This document shows positions 1-6,582 of a stretch of 7,582 bases of DNA, piece after piece. The notes under the pieces were generated by a model. That model saw only the letters and a program-made list of their open reading frames with translations, made no database searches and was not told where the DNA came from. A program made the position numbers and the translations under genes. The stretch comes from a virus (Duplodnaviria; Heunggongvirae; Uroviricota; Caudoviricetes): IMG/VR virus record IMGVR_UViG_2695420687_000006. One strand, 5' to 3'. The first letter of the stretch is position 1; each line of letters starts with the position of its first letter.

Positions 1-52
1 CGCATCAGTTCCGGCGCGCTGCCGTCAATGGTGAACAGGTCACGCGCCACGC

Positions 53-499
53 CTACCGCCAGTTCCGGGTAGCCGCTAATACTTCCGGATCGTAATCACG
101 ACCATCGCGGGGAGCTGGAATATGGCCCACTGCCTCCGCCACCATCTGCTCAAGCATCGGACGCACATCATCGGGGGTGATACTTTTGCCGTCCGCCGGT
201 ACCGGAATATTCGCAACCGCATCATTCACCGCCTGCTGCAGTACATCCGGATCATAATCACGACCATCACGCGGTACCGAAATGGCCCCCACAGCGTCAT
301 CCACCATCGCCTGCAGAACCGGACGCACCTCATCCACCGTCACATGCTTCTGTAATACCGCCGACAGGGAAGTCAGTTTCTCTTCAAACGCTTGTGCCTG
401 CGAGGCCATCTTCCCCTCAAATGTGCGCTGTAAATCCGCCAGCACCGTGGAGAATTCTTCACCCAGCGCACGGATAATGGACAGTTCACGCTCTGTCAT
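53..499 (-). CDS. hypothetical head-module protein, 148 aa, with N-terminal helical region and internally duplicated motif (DVRPxLxxMVxxAVGxIPxPRDGRDYDP)
   Basis: Complete 148-codon ORF. Its ATG (499..497) overlaps the portal stop codon (498..496) in an ATGA arrangement, suggesting translational coupling. Residues 56-84 and 110-138 are near-identical, with a shorter related unit between them. No family recognised by eye. Confidence 0.6.
   Translation of the reverse strand: MTERELSIIRALGEEFSTVLADLQRTFEGKMASQAQAFEEKLTSLSAVLQKHVTVDEVRPVLQAMVDDAVGAISVPRDGRDYDPDVLQQAVNDAVANIPVPADGKSITPDDVRPMLEQMVAEAVGHIPAPRDGRDYDPEVLAATRNWR
56..334. repeat. intragenic tandem duplication, about 162-bp period with about 81-bp sub-repeats
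   Basis: The DNA starting near 85 (ccggatcgtaatcacgaccatc...) recurs near 247 (ccggatcataatcacgaccatc...) and similarity continues for about 90 bp. This matches the 54-aa spacing of the repeated peptide motif on the minus strand. Confidence 0.6.
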
Positions 500-1860
500 T
501 TTCGCAGTATCCCCCTGAACATCGCCTTCACCGCATCACGCTCTGTTTCGCTTATGGCCTTATTACCGTCAGATGCGCCCTCCTGGCGTGTGCCTGACGA
601 CGTTTTCCCGGAAGACGCGAACGGATCCTCACGGGCATCACGACGGGACAGCGCCTCCAGACTGTAGTTCTGCTGCTGAAGATACAGTGCATCACCGCCG
701 GCAAGGGGCGGCAGGTTCTCACGTTTACGGGCCTCATTGGGCGTGAGAAGCGTATTTTTCACCGATTCACCCAGCGTTTTCATGCGACGTTCGCTGTCCA
801 TTCTCAGCAGCGTGGTGACGTCAAACTCCGTGCTCTCGTTTTCCCCTGTTTCCAGCGCCTCATCCAGTAACAGCTCAATGGACTCAATCAGCGTCTGCAG
901 ACACTGGGAATAATACTGCTGCTCCAGCGCCTCCACGTTGTCACTGGAAGGCGGCTGGCCAACGCCAATCTTGTAGGCCGGGACACGGAACACCGAACAG
1001 ACAATTTCAGCCGTCATCTTCAGTTGTTCCACCGTCTGCGCATCCACCGGTGAAAACGTCGTGGGGTTATATTTCGCCCCATTGCTCAGGATCGCCGTTT
1101 TCCCCGCATTTTCGCCGGTATACCCGCTGTCCCAGTTGCTCTTCAGTTTTTTCGCATTTTCTTCCGTTATACTGCCGGGGATCTCAATCACCCCGGACGG
1201 CCTGCCGCCATTTCTGAAAAAAGACGTTGAATTTGCCTGAATATGATGCCCCTGCGTGGCCGCCAGCCCGGCGGCATACACCGGCGGCAGCCCCACAAGC
1301 GGATGAAAAAAACAGTTAAACCGGTCGTGGATCACTTCCCGGGCAGGCACCGTCACCGCCTCCGTGATCCCGCAGTTCCGGTCCGGTGTAATGCGATAGA
1401 ACACCTCGCCGTCATCCGCCACCAGAGGTTCAACCCGGCTCCAGTCCAGAATACGCAGTTCTTTGATCTGCCCCCGGGAGTTACGGATTTTCAGCACCAC
1501 CGTATTGCCGTGACGCAGTTTGGCGTTCAGCCACAGTTCAAAAAACTGGATACGATTCTGCTGTGCATTGGGACGACGACAGAGACGGGCAATATCCCCC
1601 TGCCGTTTTTCACGGCGGATCCCCTGTGTATCGGTCTGCATCAGGCGCAGTCGCATTTTGGCGATATCCTGGGATATCAGCGAAATGCAAGAAAACACCG
1701 CATGAAAGGAGAGGACACTTTCCGGATCGGCTTTCACGCCCTGCTGCCAGGCACCGGCAAAAGGCTCAGCCACCGCCTGAAACAGGCTGGTCCAGCCCAC
1801 CTCTTTTACATCACGTCCTGATTTCTGGTTTTTTCGGGTTCGCCGCAAAAGGTTCCACAT
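496..1860 (-). CDS. phage portal protein (HK97-family-like)
   Basis: 454-aa ORF. The N-terminal segment ESVLSFHAVFSCISLISQDIAKMRLRL resembles the conserved N-terminal motif of HK97-type portals, and size and position fit a head module. ATG at 1860..1858 has GGAG 11-14 nt upstream and an in-frame TGA just upstream, so no longer form exists. Start codon could still be slightly downstream. Confidence 0.8.
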   Translation of the reverse strand: MWNLLRRTRKNQKSGRDVKEVGWTSLFQAVAEPFAGAWQQGVKADPESVLSFHAVFSCISLISQDIAKMRLRLMQTDTQGIRREKRQGDIARLCRRPNAQQNRIQFFELWLNAKLRHGNTVVLKIRNSRGQIKELRILDWSRVEPLVADDGEVFYRITPDRNCGITEAVTVPAREVIHDRFNCFFHPLVGLPPVYAAGLAATQGHHIQANSTSFFRNGGRPSGVIEIPGSITEENAKKLKSNWDSGYTGENAGKTAILSNGAKYNPTTFSPVDAQTVEQLKMTAEIVCSVFRVPAYKIGVGQPPSSDNVEALEQQYYSQCLQTLIESIELLLDEALETGENESTEFDVTTLLRMDSERRMKTLGESVKNTLLTPNEARKRENLPPLAGGDALYLQQQNYSLEALSRRDAREDPFASSGKTSSGTRQEGASDGNKAISETERDAVKAMFRGILRK

Positions 1861-2027
1861 TCGCCATGCTCCGCATCACGTTTCTTTTTCTGACCTGCCG
1901 GACGTCGCACTGTGATGTACTCCGCCTTCCCCAGGCGAACCAGCACCTCCGCACACGGCTGTGCCACATCACGGATATCCCCGGCCCGGGCATCATGCGT
2001 GCCCTGCAGATATCGGATCTTTGCCAT
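1806..2027 (-). CDS. hypothetical small protein (73 codons), doubtful
   Basis: The only ORF in the otherwise unexplained 212-bp gap between the capsid and portal genes. It begins 9 nt after a GC-rich stem-loop and its last 55 nt overlap the portal start in another frame. The Shine-Dalgarno is weak (AGG too close to the ATG) and no family is recognised. Confidence 0.25.
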   Translation of the reverse strand: MAKIRYLQGTHDARAGDIRDVAQPCAEVLVRLGKAEYITVRRPAGQKKKRDAEHGECGTFCGEPEKTRNQDVM

Positions 2028-2036
2028 AACCTGTTA

Positions 2037-2056
2037 CGGGAGGCGCACGCCTCCCG
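2037..2056 (-). other. GC-rich stem-loop (8-9 bp arms cgggaggcg / cgcctcccg) immediately downstream of the capsid gene stop
   Basis: Perfect inverted repeat read directly from the sequence. It is not followed by a U-tract on either strand, so it is not a canonical intrinsic terminator. It could be an RNA stability or processing element. Confidence 0.4.
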
Positions 2057-2071
2057 TCCTCCTCATCAGAC

Positions 2072-3433
2072 TCAGCCGCCGGACGCACTGCCGTAGTTCA
2101 CTCCTGTGATCACCGCCACCGCCGCAGTACGGCGACGACGCCAGTTGATCCAGCGCTCCGCACGGATGGCCACGCTGCCTGTCTGGAACATGGAAACCAG
2201 CTCCACCGGGGACGGCGTAGTACTGTCGCCGGTCGGTTCAGACTGCATCTCCAGTGACGCTTCACGGGACATATCCACCGCCACACCGCCGTCATCAGCC
2301 AGATAAATATCCGGCGCATTCACCAGCACCAGCTGGTCACCCACGTACTGGGAGACAATCACCGGCAGGCCCTGGAAGGTGCCGCCAAGCAGGGTCATGT
2401 CCGGGTATTCCTTCTGACCCAGCGCATTTTTACGCATGGACAGCGCCAGGGCATTCGTGCTGGACATCAGCCAGACAGCACCAGTGGGCTGCAGATTTGC
2501 CGTCACAAACTGGCCAAACGCGGCCTCGGCATCCGCATCCGGGTTACCGGTTGATGCCGTGCCCTTCACATCATGGGTGATGGACGCCGGGGAGACATCC
2601 GCCACCGCCGCTTTTTTCGGGTCCACAAAGTCTGTATCCAGACGCGCCACTACCGCTTCCGCCAGCGCATTACGGACCAGTGCATCAGCAGCCGGACTGG
2701 AAAAACGGATCAATTCTTCCGTCAGTACCGCAATGGCCGACACTTTCGCATGACTGAAGGTGATGGATTCAAAATCAAACTTCGTCAGGGGTTTTGCCTT
2801 ACCCTCACCCACCCAGCCGGCAGCACCGCCGGACACCTGGGCGTGCACACGGATATTGAACGGCACCTGACGAAGTGCAGGGATCCCGCCCTGACCAAAT
2901 CGCCCGATAATGGTCTGCGGACGCAGGTAATCAATAAAGTCCTGTGCGTATTCCTGATATTCAGACAGGCTGCCTGCCCACTGCGGATCCGTGGTGGTCC
3001 CCGCGCCCACTGCCGATTTCAGGACATGATGCAGACGACTGTCATCCGGATACTGACGACGGGCCACTTCCAGGGCTTCAGATCGGACGCCTTTAGCCGC
3101 AGCCAGCGATTTGGCAAAGCGGGCGAAGCCAATCCCCTTCTCCAGTTTCTGCTCCACACGGATCACCGGCGCTGAAGCCACCGCGGCCACATTCCCGTTA
3201 CCGGCCTGTTTCACCGGCTGCGCCGTGGCGGCCTTACCGGCTTCCAGTTCACGCAGGCGCTTCAGGTGCGCATCCACCTGACGGATTTCCGCTGCGGTGT
3301 TGTCGTAATGCTCTTCCTCCTCCACATCCAGCGTGCGCCCTTCCTCTGCGGCTTTGGTCATGACCTCCTCAAGGGAGGCTGCCAGCGCTGCACGCTTGTT
3401 TTCAAAACTTTTAATCTGTTCGCCAATATTCAT
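2072..3433 (-). CDS. candidate internally initiated major capsid protein (delta domain plus HK97-fold body, 453 aa), nested in frame in the protease-capsid ORF
   Basis: An in-frame ATG at 3433..3431 (Met193) is preceded by AAGGAA with about 9-nt spacing and lies exactly at the linker to delta-domain junction (MNIGEQIKSFENKRAAL...). Whether it is used cannot be decided from sequence. Confidence 0.35.
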   Translation of the reverse strand: MNIGEQIKSFENKRAALAASLEEVMTKAAEEGRTLDVEEEEHYDNTAAEIRQVDAHLKRLRELEAGKAATAQPVKQAGNGNVAAVASAPVIRVEQKLEKGIGFARFAKSLAAAKGVRSEALEVARRQYPDDSRLHHVLKSAVGAGTTTDPQWAGSLSEYQEYAQDFIDYLRPQTIIGRFGQGGIPALRQVPFNIRVHAQVSGGAAGWVGEGKAKPLTKFDFESITFSHAKVSAIAVLTEELIRFSSPAADALVRNALAEAVVARLDTDFVDPKKAAVADVSPASITHDVKGTASTGNPDADAEAAFGQFVTANLQPTGAVWLMSSTNALALSMRKNALGQKEYPDMTLLGGTFQGLPVIVSQYVGDQLVLVNAPDIYLADDGGVAVDMSREASLEMQSEPTGDSTTPSPVELVSMFQTGSVAIRAERWINWRRRRTAAVAVITGVNYGSASGG

Positions 3434-4009
3434 TATGGTCTTTTCCTTATGAAAAACGGTTGTTGACTGTGCCGCAGCGCCGGCAGAAGATGCGATTTTC
3501 ACCACCGGTTTCCGGTTGCCGGACGCGGCAGAAAACGGGCGGTCGAAAGATTTAATGGTCCGGATGGTGCATTCCGCATTCGCGGGCACGGTGACGGCAG
3601 ACACCTCCATCAGTTCCCAGCGCAGAAAATGCAGTCCGCCTCCGTCCAGAAAGGTGTATTCATGGGGACGGAAGCCCACGGACAGCCCCCTGACCAGCCC
3701 GGTCTTAATGGCCGCCCAGACCTCATCCAGCCGGGCTGCCATCTGGGAGGGCATCCCCGGCTCCGGCTTCACCAGCATTGCCGTGATTTCCAGCCCTTCC
3801 CTGACCCGACGCACCGTACACTGGCCTACAGGGCGGGAATGGTCATGCTGCCAGAGAAACGGGATCGTACTGCCAAACTCCGCCCCCTCCGGCTCCAGGA
3901 TGTCACCATCCCGATCCGGAGAAGGCGTTGACGCAATCCCGGTGATCACCCGTTCATCCTCACTGAAGGATTTCACCGTCAGCAGGGAACAGGCCCGTTT
4001 AAGAGTCAC
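2072..4009 (-). CDS. prohead serine protease (S78/U35-like N-terminal domain) fused in frame to an HK97-fold major capsid protein with scaffold-like delta region
   Basis: 645-aa ORF. The N-terminal 155 aa carry prohead-protease-like motifs (ITGIASTPSPDRDGDILEPEGAEF, IPFLWQHDHSRPVG, GLSVGFRP, EVSAVTVPANAECTI). An Ala/Ser-rich linker follows, then a charged helical region (EQIKSFENKRAALAASLEEV...LKRLRELEAGKA) typical of a capsid delta domain, then an HK97-type capsid body. GTG start at 4009..4007 with AGGAGG 5 nt upstream. Confidence 0.85.
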   Translation of the reverse strand: MTLKRACSLLTVKSFSEDERVITGIASTPSPDRDGDILEPEGAEFGSTIPFLWQHDHSRPVGQCTVRRVREGLEITAMLVKPEPGMPSQMAARLDEVWAAIKTGLVRGLSVGFRPHEYTFLDGGGLHFLRWELMEVSAVTVPANAECTIRTIKSFDRPFSAASGNRKPVVKIASSAGAAAQSTTVFHKEKTIMNIGEQIKSFENKRAALAASLEEVMTKAAEEGRTLDVEEEEHYDNTAAEIRQVDAHLKRLRELEAGKAATAQPVKQAGNGNVAAVASAPVIRVEQKLEKGIGFARFAKSLAAAKGVRSEALEVARRQYPDDSRLHHVLKSAVGAGTTTDPQWAGSLSEYQEYAQDFIDYLRPQTIIGRFGQGGIPALRQVPFNIRVHAQVSGGAAGWVGEGKAKPLTKFDFESITFSHAKVSAIAVLTEELIRFSSPAADALVRNALAEAVVARLDTDFVDPKKAAVADVSPASITHDVKGTASTGNPDADAEAAFGQFVTANLQPTGAVWLMSSTNALALSMRKNALGQKEYPDMTLLGGTFQGLPVIVSQYVGDQLVLVNAPDIYLADDGGVAVDMSREASLEMQSEPTGDSTTPSPVELVSMFQTGSVAIRAERWINWRRRRTAAVAVITGVNYGSASGG

Positions 4010-4020
4010 ATCAGCCTCCT

Positions 4021-4047
4021 GAAAATAAAAAAACCGCCGCAGCGGTT
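4021..4047 (-). terminator. candidate rho-independent terminator (minus strand) between terL and the capsid gene
   Basis: The minus-strand transcript reads AACCGC-UGCG-GCGGUU followed by UUUUUUAUUUU. This is a 6-bp stem with 4-nt loop and U-tract, sitting directly upstream of the capsid Shine-Dalgarno. The stem is short, so strength is uncertain. Confidence 0.45.
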
Positions 4048-4072
4048 CATGATGGTTACAGGGTGAGCAGGG

Positions 4073-5734
4073 TTATATGAAAAAAACCTCATACGCTTTC
4101 TTTTTCGGTTCCGGATTCAGGGACATCAGGGACACCGCATTGAAGAGCGCCATCAGCGGGTCAATTTTTCCCCGTCCGCTGGCCTGTTTGGTGATAAGAA
4201 TGGCGTTACCTTTAGGCTCCACCCGGGCATTGCCAACGCACCAGGCCATCAGTGGCTGACCACCATGCACCAGCACTCCCTCAGCCAGTTTGCGCTCGGT
4301 GGTTTTGATGGCCCCGCCCAGCTTCCAGCCCTGGCTTATCCCCACCACACTCTCATCGGGGATCCCGGCTTCCGCCAGTGAATCCAGAATCTGCCCCACA
4401 CCTGACGGGTCAATACCGATATGATCCAGTAACTCAGCCTCATGAATACGACGCACATACTCCGCCACTTCCGCCGTGTCATCCCCGACCCGACGGACAA
4501 TCGTCATGTCTCCACAGGCCACAAAATCCTGAAACCGGGATGCCTCACTCTTCCGTCTGACCACCGCGGTTTCATGCACCCAGGCATGGCCCCAGCCCAG
4601 CCATTCGCGGGTTTCCCTGTCACGGCCAGTCACGTACATTCCCAGCAGATCATCCAGGCCCCCGCCGTCAATCCCCACCGTCACCACATCAGCGCGCTGC
4701 AGGATATCGTCCAGGCTGACGCGCCTGCCCTGCTGCTCCCAGAAATCCGCGCCCGCCCAGCGGTCAGAACGCAGGGCAAGACCGATTTCCACATTGGCGT
4801 GTTTTGACATGAAGCCACGAAATGCTTCCTCACCAGCCTCCCGGGCTTTACGGTACTCCCGGTACAGAAAAGCCTCATCCACCGAATAACCGAGATTCGG
4901 ATTGACCATGGCGAGGTTTTCCATCAGCAGGTGAGCCCCGCTTTCCACCATTTCAGGAGGGTGTTCAAATATCACCGGCAGAAAGTGCGGATCATGAATT
5001 TTGCCGTCGCGCACATCCCGGGCGTACTGCAGTTTCTGTCTGAACACCCCGGCGGGCGGTTCATTCGACTGGGTGGTCGTATACACCACAAACCCTTCCG
5101 GGCGGGAGGCAAGGCCGCCTATGGCTTCACGTAACATGTCCTCCGCCTTGCACTGCTTGCCAAACAGCCACAACTCATCAATCAGCGTACCCACGGACTT
5201 GATACCAGACACCGTATTCGGATCGGCTGCCACCACCTTCAGGGTGGTGTCTGTCACCCTGTGGGTGATGGTCCGGATATGGGTCTGTACCTGGCAGAGG
5301 TCATCCAGATCATCGTCACGTCGTACCATATCCCGGGCAGGGTTGAAGGCGTTGGCCGCCACCTCCACAGTCGGGGCCAGAATCGTGTAACCCGCCGCCT
5401 GCCGCCAGTTCAGTAACAGCGCCGTCATCATGATCCCCGCGGCCAGCGTGGACTTCGAGTTTTTCTTGGGGATAAGGATAAAAACTTCCTTGATATGGCG
5501 TACACCGGTCTGCGCATCGTAGGAGCCAAACAGGGCCGCCACCAGGTCAAACACCCACGGTGCACAGGACTCCCCGAACGTCGGGCTACCAGGTGCATCC
5601 ACAATCCGCAGTTGTTTAAAAATCGCCAGGGCATGTGCGGCCTCGTCCGGATAAATCGGATCCGGAATAATCGACAGCCCCTTTTTCAGGCGCTCTGCCC
5701 AGTCCGGGCAGGCTGTGCTCCATACAGGTATCAT
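4073..5734 (-). CDS. terL: terminase large subunit (Terminase_1 / HK97-like family)
   Basis: 553-aa ORF. It has a Walker-A-like segment FILIPKKNSKSTLAAG, an ATPase coupling segment GTLIDELWLFG, and a C-terminal nuclease-like region (VTVGIDGGGLDD ... GRGKIDPLMALFNAV). ATG at 5734 overlaps the terS stop (ATGA), with GAGG 8 nt upstream. Confidence 0.9.
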   Translation of the reverse strand: MIPVWSTACPDWAERLKKGLSIIPDPIYPDEAAHALAIFKQLRIVDAPGSPTFGESCAPWVFDLVAALFGSYDAQTGVRHIKEVFILIPKKNSKSTLAAGIMMTALLLNWRQAAGYTILAPTVEVAANAFNPARDMVRRDDDLDDLCQVQTHIRTITHRVTDTTLKVVAADPNTVSGIKSVGTLIDELWLFGKQCKAEDMLREAIGGLASRPEGFVVYTTTQSNEPPAGVFRQKLQYARDVRDGKIHDPHFLPVIFEHPPEMVESGAHLLMENLAMVNPNLGYSVDEAFLYREYRKAREAGEEAFRGFMSKHANVEIGLALRSDRWAGADFWEQQGRRVSLDDILQRADVVTVGIDGGGLDDLLGMYVTGRDRETREWLGWGHAWVHETAVVRRKSEASRFQDFVACGDMTIVRRVGDDTAEVAEYVRRIHEAELLDHIGIDPSGVGQILDSLAEAGIPDESVVGISQGWKLGGAIKTTERKLAEGVLVHGGQPLMAWCVGNARVEPKGNAILITKQASGRGKIDPLMALFNAVSLMSLNPEPKKKAYEVFFI

Positions 5735-6294
5735 CCGCTTTCCTCATTATCGTTATTCACCACCAGTCGGGGTGGCGGTGGCACCGCAAAACGGTTAGCC
5801 GCTTTTTTCGCGGCATCACCTTTTGCCGATTTTTTCCCGGTATCCCCTTTTTTATGGTGCGTGAACTGCGCCAGACGCCAGGCCGCATCCAGTGCCAGTT
5901 TCGGATCAATGCAGAGGTTTTCCACCAGGATCCGCCCCATGGCTTTCACCGGATCGGGAAGACCATCCTCCATATATTCAATACCAGGAGACATCACCGC
6001 GGACGGTGGCATCTCCGGATTGTTTTCGTCCGGCTGTGGTATTGCAGCCGCCTCACGGCGACGGGGTTTATCCTCCTGCTCTGATTTTTTCTGCCGGTAA
6101 ACAGGAACCTCATCCACCTCCACCGTCTCGCATTGTTTACGGGCTATAAACGCAAGCACCTCCGGATCTTTTGCCAGCTGCGAGCCTTTAACCCTGGCGG
6201 TCTTCGCCGAATAACCAGCGGCAATGGCTGACGCTGTTTTGTTTTTCCCGGACATGAGCGCCAGCGCAAATTTTCGTTTTTGCGTTGTCAGCAC
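5731..6294 (-). CDS. terS: terminase small subunit (N-terminal HTH resembling the Terminase_2 / SPP1 G1P-type motif)
   Basis: 187-aa ORF. The N-terminus LTTQKRKFALALMSGKNKTASAIAAGYSAKTARVKGSQLAKDPEV matches the LTxKQxxF...NxTxAAxxAGYSxKxAxxxGxxLxxxPxV pattern of small terminase DNA-binding domains. GTG start at 6294..6292 with GGGAGGAGG immediately upstream. It sits directly upstream of terL and overlaps it. Confidence 0.75.
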   Translation of the reverse strand: MLTTQKRKFALALMSGKNKTASAIAAGYSAKTARVKGSQLAKDPEVLAFIARKQCETVEVDEVPVYRQKKSEQEDKPRRREAAAIPQPDENNPEMPPSAVMSPGIEYMEDGLPDPVKAMGRILVENLCIDPKLALDAAWRLAQFTHHKKGDTGKKSAKGDAAKKAANRFAVPPPPRLVVNNDNEESG

Positions 6295-6366
6295 AGCCTC
6301 CTCCCGGGTCCAGAACGCACTCAGCCGGGTATGGTTCAGCCCATTTTTCCCGGCGTCTCATGCCGC

Positions 6367-6493
6367 AAATGTTAACTGCTGCCTGGTTAACATTTGCTGA
6401 AAAAGCCAGTTAACATTTTTTCCGCACAACAAACTGAATAATAAAGATAAAAACCGCAAAAATGCCCGGGCAGCCAGTTAACATGTTAACTGC
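6367..6493. repeat. cluster of GTTAAC-core inverted repeats including an 18-bp perfect palindrome; candidate cos / terminase or regulator binding region
   Basis: The half-site CAGTTAACAT (or its reverse complement ATGTTAACTG) occurs at 6369-6378, 6385-6393 (degenerate) and 6407-6416. At 6475-6492 it forms the perfect palindrome CAGTTAACATGTTAACTG. An AT-rich spacer lies at 6417-6465. The cluster sits in the non-coding region between the HNH and terS genes. Confidence 0.4.
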
Positions 6494-6582
6494 CCTGAAA
6501 CGGGAATTTTTTCTCTGCGTGAGAGGGGGCGCGGTGTCCGGAGCGATCGTTTTTTACGCCGGATGATACCCCCCCGCTCGGG

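Noticed and set aside
1-52. Possible start of the next minus-strand gene at the left window edge (GTG at 50..48 or in-frame ATG at 5..3, reading VARDLFTIDGSAPELM...)
   Set aside because: Only about 16 codons are visible, with no clear ribosome-binding site; too little sequence to support a call.
552-737. 61-aa minus-strand ORF inside the portal gene, and 61-aa ORF at 1811..1996
   Set aside because: Alternative-frame ORFs with Arg-rich, low-complexity translations; no start signals; overlapped by or adjacent to stronger gene models.
2037-2056. GC-rich stem-loop as a rho-independent terminator
   Set aside because: No U-tract follows the hairpin on either strand, so it is annotated only as a structured element.
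1563-2096. 177-aa plus-strand ORF (and similar plus-strand ORFs at 122..355, 282..518, 1243..1821, 2573..3175, 3516..4022, 5001..5390, 5495..6100)
   Set aside because: All are antisense to well-supported minus-strand head and packaging genes. Their translations are Arg/Pro/His-rich and low-complexity, typical of reverse-frame artefacts in GC-rich coding DNA, and none has a convincing ribosome-binding site.
6414-6482. 24-codon hydrophobic mini-ORF (MLTGCPGIFAVFIFIIQFVVRKKC) on the minus strand within the candidate cos region
   Set aside because: Very short, no ribosome-binding site, and it lies across the repeat elements; most likely fortuitous.
6367-6493. Possibility that the GTTAAC repeats are a CRISPR array
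   Set aside because: Repeat units are about 10 bp, irregularly spaced and in mixed orientation, with no uniform spacers. They are consistent with protein-binding sites, not CRISPR.
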